Shown one piece after another: positions 8,129 through 17,962 of a stretch of DNA of 47,022 bases. The stretch is from a virus. Its lineage: Duplodnaviria > Caudoviricetes. Both the position numbers and the translations under genes were made by a program. The notes under the pieces were generated by a model. That model was not told where the DNA came from. It searched no databases and saw only the letters and a program-made list of their open reading frames with translations. Where the stretch lies: positions 1 to 47,022 of IMG/VR virus record IMGVR_UViG_3300031965_000052. One strand, given 5' to 3'. How positions within the stretch are numbered: the first letter of the stretch is position 1; every line of letters begins with the position of its first letter.

Positions 8129-8157
8129 AACCTAAACTAATGTTCGGGTATTTTCAA
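8129..8157 (-). promoter_or_regulatory. Leaderless sigma-A promoter containing an SOS (LexA) box
   Basis: Minus strand TTGAAA-17 bp-TAGGTT-6 nt-ATG; CGAAC-ATTA-GTTTA (8133-8146) fits the Gram-positive GAAC-N4-GTTY consensus. Confidence 0.8.
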
Positions 8158-8276
8158 GGGCCTTTCCGGGGAACTGAAACCCCCTGCCGGGGAGGGGCCA
8201 AGTAGGAGGTGGCACACTCAACCCGGAGGGGGCTAGCGGGGAGGATGCGCGCGCGGTCACCCCGAAGGGCTACCCG

Positions 8277-8726
8277 CTAGGCGAGAACGTCGCGGACCTC
8301 TAGCCACAGGGTCGCGATGACATCCGCCGTGGTGGGGGTCCAGCCTGAGGTATCCGCGCGGACCTGTACGTCGTCCCCCGGACGCAGGGCCAGGGCTTCT
8401 CGGTGCGGGTAGGTCTTGTACGCCGTCTGTGTGTCGGTGGCGTTGAGCACCACGTCGAACTCCGCGCCTGCGTCTACCCCGCCGATCAACACCTCGAAGG
8501 TGGCGGTGCCCGCCGTGCGCGCTTCGTTCGAACGAACGGCCATCGCGCGCACCCAACCGGGGAAAGGGATGAGCGCGCGCCCCGGCGAGGTCGTGCCTCC
8601 GAGCCTCAACCCGGCCGTCGCCGTGCCCGCCAGGTCCACGGCGTTGTACTCCATCACGACCAGGTGCGTCTGAGGAGCCGTGAACCGCCCCTGGAGGGGC
8701 GCGGGGTTGGGAAACGCCTTGCCCAT
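8277..8726 (-). CDS. Putative virion structural protein (beta-sandwich-like)
   Basis: Last gene of the structural operon; beta-rich, T/A/G-rich. Confidence 0.55.
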   Translation of the reverse strand: MGKAFPNPAPLQGRFTAPQTHLVVMEYNAVDLAGTATAGLRLGGTTSPGRALIPFPGWVRAMAVRSNEARTAGTATFEVLIGGVDAGAEFDVVLNATDTQTAYKTYPHREALALRPGDDVQVRADTSGWTPTTADVIATLWLEVRDVLA

Positions 8727-8728
8727 GC

Positions 8729-10642
8729 CTAGGCCAACACGCGGAACATCAGCGCACCGCGCCCGCTGTTGGCCGAGCGCCAGCGCAGGGCCGCTTGATG
8801 GATCAGGACCGTGTAGGAGTCCGACGAACGAGGCTTCGGTGCGCCGCCCTTCTCGTACCAGGGCTTGATGACCACGATGCGGTTAGAGGACTCGACCAGA
8901 GCTTCCAACTCAGCCGCCGCCTTCGCAGCCGACACCGTGCGGTGCGGCACGCGCGCGCCTAGATCTATCTCGCAGCGGATGAACTTCGCCTTCCCCGAAG
9001 TGGTAGCGCGGATGGACGCGGAATAGAGCGTTGGGGTGGTGGCTGCGTCCGTGCCTGCCGTCAGGGTGAGGCGGGGCTCCAGGTAGCGGAAGGTGCGCTC
9101 GACGCTCGCGCCCGAGATCGTGAAGGACTTGCGCGTTACGGCCCCGTCTGCGGCGAAGGTGGCCTCCATCGTAGCGGCCGAGGCGTCCGTCGTGACCTCC
9201 GAGCCGTCGTCGGCCTTGAAGGAGAACGCGACCTCCTCGCCTGCCGCCAGAGCCTTGAAGTGAAGCTCCACGTCCAACAGAATCTTCTCGTCGTTGGGAA
9301 GGTCGAAGTCCCAGAGGGGCGCGGCCACCGCAGTCGCGGAGCGGTACTTGTCGTCGCCGGTCGCCAGGGAATAGCGCACGTAGGTCTTGTTGGCCGTGGC
9401 GTCGGCGAACACGGCCGCGAACAACTGCCCCTTCTCCCACACCAGGGAGTTGATTTCCGCCGACGTGAGCCCCGAGTCCGTCACGTCCCCGCGCGCGCGC
9501 AGACTCAGGGACCCCGTGCTGATGTCGTAGGCGAACACGTCCGCGTCGTCGGGATCAGAACCGCCCAGGAGCAGGAGGTTGTCGTTGGCTTGGGTGACGC
9601 ACCGGAACCGCCGTGCTTGCGCGGTGCGAAGCGCGAGGTCTTTGACCGACACGACCGTATCGACGTTCGCGCCCTCTGCGAAGATGAGGGTTGCGGCGTC
9701 CAGCACACCCGCAGCAGCACCGGGCGTATGGCCCGCCATGAACAGAACTCCTGCCGCAACGCGCGCGGCGTCCAGTCGGTCGTCGATGGTGCGGAACGTC
9801 TGGGGCAGGTCGCCCTGTTCCACGAGCGCCGTTCCGTCCCAGACGAACAGCTTCATCTGCTCGGTTCCGCGCCCTGCCACGAGGAACACGCGCTGGCCGT
9901 TGGACGTTGCGGCGATGACCTTATCGACGCCGTTGGCCGTTCCTACCAAGGTCCCAGCACCCGCTGCCTTGAGGTCCGCTTGGTAGAGGTCGATCTTGTC
10001 CGTGCCTTCGCGGAAGTGGTACAGGCGGTTGTCCGCCGCGATGGGGGATTGAGAGGCCGCGCCCCCGCCCCAGGCGGTGACGGTCAGGTCGGTAGCGACC
10101 TTGAACATGTTCGAGGTCGTGCCCACGAACATCTTCGCGCCCGAGACTGCGGGCGGGCCGTTCAGGGAATCGCCCGCGTCCACGGTCGTCGCGGGGTCGG
10201 ACCAGGTGGAGAAGTCGTACTTGAACACGACGACCTCGGGTGACCCGTCTGTGTGGTAGGCGAACACGTTTCCACCCGCTGCCGCCAGGAAGGAGCGGGT
10301 GGTGGCCTCAGGTGAGGCACCAGTTATCAGGCCCTGGCTCTGCGACAGGTCCAGGCCGATGCTCAACTCTCCCGGCGTCAGGACGTTCACCGCGTCCGAA
10401 GAGTCCTGGTACTGCTTGAAGGTGTCGGGGCGCGAGGAGTCGATGAAGCGCGTTCCCTCGCCTCCGCTCCAATCGTCCCACTTCCACGTCAGGATGTCGG
10501 GGCGCGAGGTCTTGGACGGTCGGGACGCGCCCGCGATGTCGGGGTCTTGGATGACGGCGGGGTCTTCGAGGATTTCGTAGGAACCCTCCCCGTCCGCCAG
10601 CGCGTAGGGGATGTCGTTGATCGTGATGCCGCTTGGCCTCAT
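8729..10642 (-). CDS. Tail protein (tail tubular B / stabilisation-protein-like, beta-propeller)
   Basis: 637 aa, WDDWSGGEG N-terminal motif, beta-rich; follows an adaptor-like gene. Confidence 0.65.
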   Translation of the reverse strand: MRPSGITINDIPYALADGEGSYEILEDPAVIQDPDIAGASRPSKTSRPDILTWKWDDWSGGEGTRFIDSSRPDTFKQYQDSSDAVNVLTPGELSIGLDLSQSQGLITGASPEATTRSFLAAAGGNVFAYHTDGSPEVVVFKYDFSTWSDPATTVDAGDSLNGPPAVSGAKMFVGTTSNMFKVATDLTVTAWGGGAASQSPIAADNRLYHFREGTDKIDLYQADLKAAGAGTLVGTANGVDKVIAATSNGQRVFLVAGRGTEQMKLFVWDGTALVEQGDLPQTFRTIDDRLDAARVAAGVLFMAGHTPGAAAGVLDAATLIFAEGANVDTVVSVKDLALRTAQARRFRCVTQANDNLLLLGGSDPDDADVFAYDISTGSLSLRARGDVTDSGLTSAEINSLVWEKGQLFAAVFADATANKTYVRYSLATGDDKYRSATAVAAPLWDFDLPNDEKILLDVELHFKALAAGEEVAFSFKADDGSEVTTDASAATMEATFAADGAVTRKSFTISGASVERTFRYLEPRLTLTAGTDAATTPTLYSASIRATTSGKAKFIRCEIDLGARVPHRTVSAAKAAAELEALVESSNRIVVIKPWYEKGGAPKPRSSDSYTVLIHQAALRWRSANSGRGALMFRVLA

Positions 10643-10646
10643 GGCC

Positions 10647-11543
10647 TCATCGCCTGTAGTAGCCGGTACCGGAGGCGGTGGTGACGTGGGCAGGCCCGAG
10701 CCATTGACGCTTACGACGGGGGAAGCGGCGGTTCAGGACGGCCTTCTCCGTGCGCCGGGCTTCGTCCTGCATCGCCAGGTACCAGCGCGCGTCCCGCTGG
10801 GCTGCGCCGGGCGCGTGGACCCCGCCCTGGTCGATGTCGTAGCGCGAGAGCAGGTAGGTGCCGTACCACTCCAGCAAACGACGCATGGCCCCGTACTCCA
10901 CGACGCGCTGCATCCCCTCCGACAGGTCAGCTACAGCGGGCTTGCGCGCGTACTGGACGAAGATGGTGTTGTTGTTGTCCGGCGCGTAGAGGACCTTGAA
11001 GGCTCGCTTGTGCGTCGGCGCAAGGGTTGCGTCCACCCACCGGGGTTGGCTCACGCGCACGGGCAGCAGGTCTACGTTGCCCGAGTCGGGTTTCTGGTAG
11101 GCGTCCAGGATGTCCTCGGCGGCAGCGTCGATCTCGTACCAGTCGGCCGTCGTGGGGTCGTAGGTCACTTGGGCTTCATAGACCGCGTACAGGTCGGGGT
11201 ACAGGTCGGCGTTGAGCGCGTCGTCGAGAGCTTTGTTGATGTTGGGTGCCCAATGAACGGGGGACTTGACGAACACGGCATCCGCGTCGTGGGTCTGCGC
11301 GGTCGTGCCGTCGATACCCCTTCGGACCGTCAGGGCCGTGGCGGCAGTCGCCGTGACCTCCGCGCGCTCGTAGGTCCCGTCTGCGATCCACTCCAAGCGG
11401 TCCCCCACCTCGTAGCGGTCGGTGGCGTCGGACGCGACCGTCAAGGACGTGGCGGCGGTCGTGAGGGAGTTGGTGTGTACGTCCTGAAACGGAGCAGAGC
11501 CAAGCATCCGCCAGACGTTGAGTACGAGCGCGCTGCTGCTCAC
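10647..11543 (-). CDS. Head-tail adaptor / tail tubular A-like protein
   Basis: LTVRRGIDGTTAQTH motif, INKAL helix; position in the operon. Confidence 0.6.
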   Translation of the reverse strand: MSSSALVLNVWRMLGSAPFQDVHTNSLTTAATSLTVASDATDRYEVGDRLEWIADGTYERAEVTATAATALTVRRGIDGTTAQTHDADAVFVKSPVHWAPNINKALDDALNADLYPDLYAVYEAQVTYDPTTADWYEIDAAAEDILDAYQKPDSGNVDLLPVRVSQPRWVDATLAPTHKRAFKVLYAPDNNNTIFVQYARKPAVADLSEGMQRVVEYGAMRRLLEWYGTYLLSRYDIDQGGVHAPGAAQRDARWYLAMQDEARRTEKAVLNRRFPRRKRQWLGPAHVTTASGTGYYRR

Positions 11544-13201
11544 TTTCGGTCCTTCTCCATCGTCGGCGTCGAGGAATACGTCACAACGACCGCCTCCCCA
11601 GGCTCAAGCCACACGGTTTGATCGGTGGACGTGAAGATGGTGCGGGTGTCCTTGGCGATGTCGGAGACGGTTCCGCCTCGGATGTAGACGGCCTCGGGGG
11701 TGGGGCCTGCGGTGTAGGTGAAGGGCGACGAGCCGACTGAGATGGTGGCAGTGCCCTGCGGGTTGTGGCCGAGGTTCCCCCGGATGGACCGATTGGTGGC
11801 AGCCCCGTTATCTGAGATAGAGCCCAGGATGTTGTCAGCCACCAGGTAGTTGTCGCCCTCGGCCAGAACGAGCGCACCGCCGATGTGGTTGCCGGTGACC
11901 ACGATGTTCTGCGTGTTGGTCGAAGTGCCCGAGCCGGTGCCGATGTTGTAGTTGTCCGTGATGCGGTTGTTCGACAACACCGCATCAACCGTCTGGAACA
12001 GCCAACCGCCTGCTACACCCCAGTCGGCGATGATGTTGCCGGTGATGACGACCCCCTTAGCGAAGTCGAAGGCCACTCCGAACCGCCCGCCGTCGCGCAC
12101 CACATTGCCAGCAACCAAGATGTCGCGGATACGGCGGTCCGTTATGTTGCCGCCGTTGCCCGTGATTCCCCGCGCGTTGTTGTTCGCGGGCGTAATGTTC
12201 GTCAAGACGTTCCCCACGATGGCGAAGCCCCTGCACGTTGTATCGTTGAGGAAGCTGATGTCGATGCCGAACAGAGTGTCGTCGATAACGTTGTCGGCGA
12301 TGACGACATCCTGCCAGTTGCGGATGAACAGAGTGCGGTCCGAGAAGCCCGTGAACTGGTTGCCGAGAATCCGAATGTTAGAGTGCCGCACACCCTCTAC
12401 GCCGCTGTGGCTACCCGCCGCTAGGAATCCATTCTTGAACACACATCCTTCGACGAGGATGTCGTTGCAGGGCGTGTCATCGTATGGTCCAAACCAGGGG
12501 AAGGCCCCTGCTTCCTTCATCAGGTCCAGTTGAATCATCTCCGAGGCTGGGCCAACGGAGGTATCGCTAAGGCGACAATCGCGGACGATGGCGTGTTGGA
12601 CGGCGTTTAGCTCGATACAATGCCACCAAGCAACATCCGAAAGAGAGACATCACGGATGGTAACGTTGGATGCGTGGCCAAACGCTATAATCGTGATGGC
12701 TTTATCTGCTTCTGTCCCGATGCCCGTGCTATTGGCGTCCCACGCCCCACCCGACACGGTGATGTCGGAGTTCGCCGTGTAGCCGCCCGCTACCCCGTCT
12801 GCCTTGTTGCGAAGCATGTTGTCGATGTTCGCGGTGCGCTTGATGGTCGCGTCCCGGTCCAGTTGCAGGTGCGTAAAGTCGCCGATCTCCAGCGCCGTTT
12901 CGATGGCGTAGGTACCCAAGGGGACGAACACCGTCCCCCCGCCTGCGGTTTCCGCTGCGTCCAGCGCCGCTTGGATAGCAGTCGTGTCGTCGGTCGTCCC
13001 GTCCCCGGTGGCTCCGAAGGCCTTGACGTCGAACCACGGTTCCCCGCCCTTGACCCAGAGGTCGTCTACGACCGTGAGGTCTTGGGTGATGGTGGCGTCG
13101 CCCGTGACGGTGAGCGCGCCCGACACCGTGAGGTCCCCGCCGACCGTCTGGTCGCCGGAGTCCGAGAGTCCAGCCGCTGGGCTTAGTCGAGTATCGGGCA
13201 C
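11540..13201 (-). CDS. Tailspike / depolymerase with pectate-lyase-like right-handed beta-helix
   Basis: FDVKAFGATGDGTTDDTTAIQAALDAA..GGGTVFVPLGTY followed by repeated I/V-x-G/D-N beta-helix turns. Confidence 0.9.
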   Translation of the reverse strand: MPDTRLSPAAGLSDSGDQTVGGDLTVSGALTVTGDATITQDLTVVDDLWVKGGEPWFDVKAFGATGDGTTDDTTAIQAALDAAETAGGGTVFVPLGTYAIETALEIGDFTHLQLDRDATIKRTANIDNMLRNKADGVAGGYTANSDITVSGGAWDANSTGIGTEADKAITIIAFGHASNVTIRDVSLSDVAWWHCIELNAVQHAIVRDCRLSDTSVGPASEMIQLDLMKEAGAFPWFGPYDDTPCNDILVEGCVFKNGFLAAGSHSGVEGVRHSNIRILGNQFTGFSDRTLFIRNWQDVVIADNVIDDTLFGIDISFLNDTTCRGFAIVGNVLTNITPANNNARGITGNGGNITDRRIRDILVAGNVVRDGGRFGVAFDFAKGVVITGNIIADWGVAGGWLFQTVDAVLSNNRITDNYNIGTGSGTSTNTQNIVVTGNHIGGALVLAEGDNYLVADNILGSISDNGAATNRSIRGNLGHNPQGTATISVGSSPFTYTAGPTPEAVYIRGGTVSDIAKDTRTIFTSTDQTVWLEPGEAVVVTYSSTPTMEKDRK

Positions 13202-13222
13202 GAGGCTAGGGTGGCTGGTCCG

Positions 13223-13357
13223 TCACCTGCGGGAACGGCGATGGACCAACGGGTGGCGGCGCTTCACCCACCACAGACGAAGCCTGCGGAACAGCCGCTT
13301 GCCGCGCGCGCGCTCGTAGGGTTCGAGCGCATCCCCCAGGATCAGGCGGATAGGCAC
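13223..13357 (-). CDS. Small basic hypothetical protein
   Basis: Manual translation MPIRLILGDALEPYERARGKRLFRRLRLWWVKRRHPLVHRRSRR; abuts the upstream stop. Confidence 0.4.
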   Translation of the reverse strand: MPIRLILGDALEPYERARGKRLFRRLRLWWVKRRHPLVHRRSRR

Positions 13358-13498
13358 CTACTTCACCACCTTGACGTACGCGTCCTCGGTCATCTCCAGC
13401 CGCTTGCGCGCTCGCCGATACTGGAGGCGCGCGACCGCCCGTCCGATGGGCGTTGCTGCGCGCGCGACCTCGCGCTGGAGGCGGATGTAGACGGCCAT
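13358..13498 (-). CDS. Small basic hypothetical protein
   Basis: MAVYIRLQREVARAATPIGRAVARLQYRRARKRLEMTEDAYVKVVK. Confidence 0.45.
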   Translation of the reverse strand: MAVYIRLQREVARAATPIGRAVARLQYRRARKRLEMTEDAYVKVVK

Positions 13499-13509
13499 CT
13501 TCTCTCGTC

Positions 13510-14619
13510 TCAATACCCCACCCCCATCGAACGAAGGTCCGCGTAGACCTGCTTGGGAGGCCAGGAACCGTCGGCGAAGGAATCGGAAGTCCCGACCCGG
13601 ATGATGATTTGCTGCGCGTTCAGCACGTTGCTGTTGCCCGTCGCAACGTGGATGGCATACAGGTCGTCGGCAGCGTGCCCAGCCCCGACGGCGAAACCGG
13701 CATCCGTCGCTAGTTTGAGCCCGGTGCCGGTGAAGGCTGCCTCGGCCTGTGCCGCCCCCTGGACGTTTGCGTTGGTCCCCGAGGTGACGCGACGGAACTG
13801 ACCGTTGGCCGTGTCCAAGAGGATGGTGATGCCCCTGAGCCCATACGATATGTTCGCGCCTGCTGCCGTACAGTCCAGTTGCGCGCGCGTGGTGATGGGC
13901 GCGTCGGTCCACGGGGCTGCGTAGCCCGGCTCGTTGTTGAGCGCCGAGCCCCCGCCGTTGGCCGTCAGGAAAGCGAAGGACTCCAGGGCGCTTGAAGCGG
14001 CCACGTTCACGAAGATTTCCCCGCTCACGTCCGGCGCAAGGTCCAGGGCCTTCTCGTGGGAGAACACGAACGAGCCGTGCGCGCGGTCGGTGAGGGACTG
14101 GTAGTAGGTTCTCGTGCCTCCCAGAGGCTTGTAGCGGCCCTGCGCGCGCTGTTCCAGGAGTTCGGGCTTGCCGTCCACGATGATGAACTCAGACGGATCA
14201 AGGTGCTGGCAGAAGTTGCGCCACCCCCACAGAGAACGAGAGGCAAGCTGCGCGGCCGTGGGGAGCGAGCCCTTCAGGGAGGGCGTCAACGGGACGGGGA
14301 AGCCCGTAGGGTAGACCACGCGCACCTGGTCGGTGTTCACCGCGCCCCCCAGGTCCAGGTCTGGACTCAGGGGGTAGAAGGTCCACGTCTCGCCCGAGAC
14401 TACGACCCCTGCTTCTGTCCAGGCGTTGACCATGATGCCGCCGAAGTCGGCAGCCTCGATGGTGTAGCGCCCGTACCCCTCCAGGATGACCCCCTGGACG
14501 TTGATGGACTTCACGGTCGCACTGGGGCTCAGGGAGGTCCAGGCGGTCGGGTTGTTCGGTAGGTCCAGAAGGGTCCAGTCGGCGTCGTCGCCGAGTTGAA
14601 CCAGCGCGATGACATCCAT
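13510..14619 (-). CDS. Putative virion/tail protein
   Basis: 369 aa, beta-rich, within the structural operon. Confidence 0.6.
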   Translation of the reverse strand: MDVIALVQLGDDADWTLLDLPNNPTAWTSLSPSATVKSINVQGVILEGYGRYTIEAADFGGIMVNAWTEAGVVVSGETWTFYPLSPDLDLGGAVNTDQVRVVYPTGFPVPLTPSLKGSLPTAAQLASRSLWGWRNFCQHLDPSEFIIVDGKPELLEQRAQGRYKPLGGTRTYYQSLTDRAHGSFVFSHEKALDLAPDVSGEIFVNVAASSALESFAFLTANGGGSALNNEPGYAAPWTDAPITTRAQLDCTAAGANISYGLRGITILLDTANGQFRRVTSGTNANVQGAAQAEAAFTGTGLKLATDAGFAVGAGHAADDLYAIHVATGNSNVLNAQQIIIRVGTSDSFADGSWPPKQVYADLRSMGVGY

Positions 14620-15587
14620 TACGAAGGAACGACGTAGTGGCTCACGCTCACGGTGATCTGCCCGCCCGTGGGGGCGTCGCAGGTGATGCGCAACTCCTCG
14701 CCGTCCCCACCCGCCGCAAGGATGCCCGAACCGTCGCCCTTGACGAAGCCCGTTCCGCCCAGGAGGCCGGGGTGCGAGGCCACCACGCCTGTAACCGAAG
14801 CCCCCGAGGCAGGCTCGGCGGGCACCGAGGCAGTGCCGAAGCCGATACGCACCTGCGGGATGGCGGTCGTAGTCCCGTCGGTCGTCACCATGATGTGCGT
14901 GATGACGTACTTGGACCCTGCGCCGATGGCACCGAGCATGTCGTCGTTGGCCTGCGCGCCGGTCGTCATGTACTCGGTCGTCACGATGTTGGGATGCCCG
15001 CCCACCACGAAGGGGATGCCGTGGCGGTTGGCGTAGGCGTCCGTGCGGTCGGCAGCCGCGACCGCCGTGGGGCTCGCGCCGTGCGCGATGGCCTTGTACC
15101 CCACCTTGACGGGGTTGCCCGAGTCCACTCCGTCGTGGGCGACGTTACCCACCGACTCGAACGTACCGTCAACCGTGATCGAGCCGCCCCCGTCGTCGAT
15201 CGAGAGGGTTCCGCCGTTGTCATCGACGGACACGACGCCCGTGGAGTCATTGGCGACCGTAACGCGCAGCGCTCCGGCTTCCGTGCCTCCGCCGAGCGGG
15301 GTGGCCGTGCCGTTGATGCGCTCCAGGTCTATCTGGAAGCGCCCGTCCGTGTCGCCCTTGGCGAGCGCGCGGGTCGTGCCCCCGTCCGAGGTGTTGGCGA
15401 CCGTTACTTCGTCGTTGTCCTCGTCGAGGTTGACATCCGCGATGCCCGAGACTTCGGCCGACACGTCGAGGCGGTTCTTCGTTCCGTCCTCGGTGATGGT
15501 GATGGGGTTAGCGCGGTCGTCTGCCTCGTTGTAGCCGTGAACGCCCTTGGCCTTGCTTATCTCGGGAACGCCGGACTTGGAGGACAT
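14619..15587 (-). CDS. Putative tail fibre / virion protein
   Basis: G/T/D-rich with SVDDNGG/SIDDGGG repeats and a VAHDGVDSGNPVKVG motif. Confidence 0.65.
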   Translation of the reverse strand: MSSKSGVPEISKAKGVHGYNEADDRANPITITEDGTKNRLDVSAEVSGIADVNLDEDNDEVTVANTSDGGTTRALAKGDTDGRFQIDLERINGTATPLGGGTEAGALRVTVANDSTGVVSVDDNGGTLSIDDGGGSITVDGTFESVGNVAHDGVDSGNPVKVGYKAIAHGASPTAVAAADRTDAYANRHGIPFVVGGHPNIVTTEYMTTGAQANDDMLGAIGAGSKYVITHIMVTTDGTTTAIPQVRIGFGTASVPAEPASGASVTGVVASHPGLLGGTGFVKGDGSGILAAGGDGEELRITCDAPTGGQITVSVSHYVVPS

Positions 15588-15596
15588 GAGCGCCCC

Positions 15597-16004
15597 CTAT
15601 CCCACGAACTCAACGGACAAGTCGTACGTGTACTCCTCACTGGCATCCGCGCGGTCGAGCGTGGTGACGATGTTCCACTCCTGCGGGAGGGCGTCCTTGA
15701 CGAAGTAGATGGGGCCAGTGTCGTCCTCGGTGTCCACGTTGTGCGCGCCCAGGATGACCACGACGTTGCCCGCCGTGGTGCCCGCGATCTGCGTGATGCC
15801 GTCCCACTGCATGTCCACGGCGTTGCCGGAGACGGGGTTCACGTACTGGAACTTCATGTCCGTCAGGGGGGTGGTCCCAGCGGCAGCCGTCACGTTCAGG
15901 TACACGATGGCCGTGCGCGCGAAGCCGGGCGTGGTGATGGTGTCGGTCTGACCCGTCGTCGCTTGTTCCGTTTCCGAACGAACGAGCTTGAAGGAGCGAG
16001 CCAT
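15597..16004 (-). CDS. Putative virion structural protein
   Basis: LNVTAAAGTTPLTD beta-sandwich-like sequence. Confidence 0.55.
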   Translation of the reverse strand: MARSFKLVRSETEQATTGQTDTITTPGFARTAIVYLNVTAAAGTTPLTDMKFQYVNPVSGNAVDMQWDGITQIAGTTAGNVVVILGAHNVDTEDDTGPIYFVKDALPQEWNIVTTLDRADASEEYTYDLSVEFVG

Positions 16005-16014
16005 CTAGGTCCCC

Positions 16015-16386
16015 TTACGTGGCAACGGTGGTTGTCTGAGTCTCCTCGGTGTTCAGGAACAGCAACCACGAGGTACCGTCGCAGAGGGCATAGACGCCCG
16101 CTCCGACCTTCTCCGAGGACGTGGAGAACGCGACGGAGTTCGCGGTGGGGTCGTTGAAGGTCACTACCTCTCCGGCCGTACCCGCGATGGTGACCGTCTG
16201 ATCCGCCACGACGAAGAAGTGCGCGTAGGCCCCGGAGGGCGTGCCCGCAACGGCCGGGAGCGTGAACGTAACAGCCCCGCCCGCGCCGCGGTTGGTGAAG
16301 ATCTTCCCCCAATCGCCGTTGTCGAGCGTGTAGTTCGCGGTCTTGGCCTCAACGATTGGAACGACTTTTCCAGCAGTAGCACCCAT
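16015..16386 (-). CDS. Putative capsid decoration / fibre domain protein
   Basis: KTANYTL..D.GK.F......VTFTLPA...CDGTSW pattern. Confidence 0.6.
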   Translation of the reverse strand: MGATAGKVVPIVEAKTANYTLDNGDWGKIFTNRGAGGAVTFTLPAVAGTPSGAYAHFFVVADQTVTIAGTAGEVVTFNDPTANSVAFSTSSEKVGAGVYALCDGTSWLLFLNTEETQTTTVAT

Positions 16387-16581
16387 CTAACTCTCCTTTG
16401 GGGTTGGCCAGCGTGTGCAATCGCCCTCGTGTCCAGGACGCCGCAGGCACTTGGGCTTCGGGCAACCAGGGTCAGGCATGGCGAAGAACAGCCCACCCCA
16501 CGACGCGGCGGTACGGTCCGAGCGCGCCGTAAGGGGCTTGGCTTTCTCCATCGCCTGCTCGTGCTTCTCGTCAGTCTTCAT
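16387..16581 (-). CDS. Small hypothetical protein
   Basis: 64 aa, C...CLRRPGHEGDC motif; tightly packed. Confidence 0.45.
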   Translation of the reverse strand: MKTDEKHEQAMEKAKPLTARSDRTAASWGGLFFAMPDPGCPKPKCLRRPGHEGDCTRWPTPKES

Positions 16582-16584
16582 CCA

Positions 16585-17361
16585 CTACCTCGCACAAGAG
16601 ATAAACAAGTAGTCAACCTCGACCACTTGGTTATCAACGTCGCCTCGGGTGAGCACGTCCACGAACGGCGTGAGCGCGACGGTTTCGGTAACGCCCGTGG
16701 TGTCCGAGCCGATGAGCGCCGGAAGGGCCTGGTCGCTCTCCGAGTCGTCGAAGTAGTAGAAGCACTGGCCGAGCGCGTCGATCTCGATGCGGAGCACGGT
16801 TGCGGTTGCGGCCGTGGGTGCTCCCGCACCGCTGACCAGATCGCCGTCCGCGTTGGTGTCCACGTTCAGGCCGAACCACTCGTCGGTGTCGGCGTCCGTG
16901 TCCACGATCCACGCGGCCGCGTCGGTAGCGGTTGAAGTGATGGCGTCGGAAGCCCCGAGGTCGAAGGGGCCTTCGTTCTTCACGTCGGTGAACCCGGCCG
17001 AAAGCCGGATTGTCGTAACGACCGGGGCAGACAGTCGCGTCTCGAACACCAGCATCCGCCCGCCGACCGCGCGAGAAGGCGTCCAGAGGATCTCGCCGTT
17101 GATGATCTCCTCGTCGTCGTCGCCCGTTCCCTTGGTTCCCGCGATCCACCCGCCGTGTCCCGCGACCGGATCACCTGCGGTGGTGCTGATGGCGAAGTCC
17201 GTTCCGCCTGTTGCCTGGGGGGAGGAGGCGACCCAGAGGTCGGTGTTGAGCGTATCCCCGAGGAAGTCGTCGAAGATGTACGGGGCGGGGGGGCGCTTCT
17301 GGTCGATACCCCAGTTGCCCACGATCCGCTTGCGTTCGTATTGAATGGCACCTGAGCCCAT
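16585..17361 (-). CDS. Putative virion protein (lectin/jelly-roll-like)
   Basis: FDDFLGDTL...W start and VDY end, acidic and beta-rich. Confidence 0.6.
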   Translation of the reverse strand: MGSGAIQYERKRIVGNWGIDQKRPPAPYIFDDFLGDTLNTDLWVASSPQATGGTDFAISTTAGDPVAGHGGWIAGTKGTGDDDEEIINGEILWTPSRAVGGRMLVFETRLSAPVVTTIRLSAGFTDVKNEGPFDLGASDAITSTATDAAAWIVDTDADTDEWFGLNVDTNADGDLVSGAGAPTAATATVLRIEIDALGQCFYYFDDSESDQALPALIGSDTTGVTETVALTPFVDVLTRGDVDNQVVEVDYLFISCAR

Positions 17362-17961
17362 CTAACTCGCCTTTCTCTTCGGCGTCCCGGCCCTTGCGGC
17401 CGAGACGAGTGATGGTTCTTCGGAGTCTGCGCGCGCGGTCACGGCGTGGTTGTACTCTCCGTGCCACCCGAGCGTTGTCTTGCGGCGGTCCTTCTCCTGC
17501 TGTTTCTGGCCAGCCTCGATGAACAGCCTCTCCGCGAGCGCGCGGCACTGGCCGTACACGTCGGGGTCGCCGGGCTTCCACCCGAGCGTCGCGAGCTTGT
17601 ACTGGATGCTCTTGGGCCACACGGGATATCCGTGCGCGCGGTAGGACACCATCGCCTCTTGCACCAGGCGCTCGAACAGGACGCGGAACCGTTCCTGCGC
17701 CGTCCTGCGCTTGACCTCCGGCAGCCCCTCGTGGAGCTTGGCGACAAGCTGGTCCTCGGTCTTGCGGTCCTCGCCCGCGACCTGCTGGTTGTAGCGGCCG
17801 TCAGGAGTCTTTGAGGATTGATCCCACTTGACCAGCCCGGCCGTGCCGTCAGAGTTCGCCTGCGCGACGTAGCCCCGACGCCCCCTCTCCTGCGCGAGCG
17901 CGCGCAGGTCCTTGACCTTCGTCTCGCGGACGAAGCGGTCGAGTTCGGAGCGGTCCACCAA
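17362..17961 (-). CDS. Hypothetical protein
   Basis: 199-aa ORF abutting its neighbours. Confidence 0.65.
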   Translation of the reverse strand: MVDRSELDRFVRETKVKDLRALAQERGRRGYVAQANSDGTAGLVKWDQSSKTPDGRYNQQVAGEDRKTEDQLVAKLHEGLPEVKRRTAQERFRVLFERLVQEAMVSYRAHGYPVWPKSIQYKLATLGWKPGDPDVYGQCRALAERLFIEAGQKQQEKDRRKTTLGWHGEYNHAVTARADSEEPSLVSAARAGTPKRKAS

Positions 17962-17962
17962 G

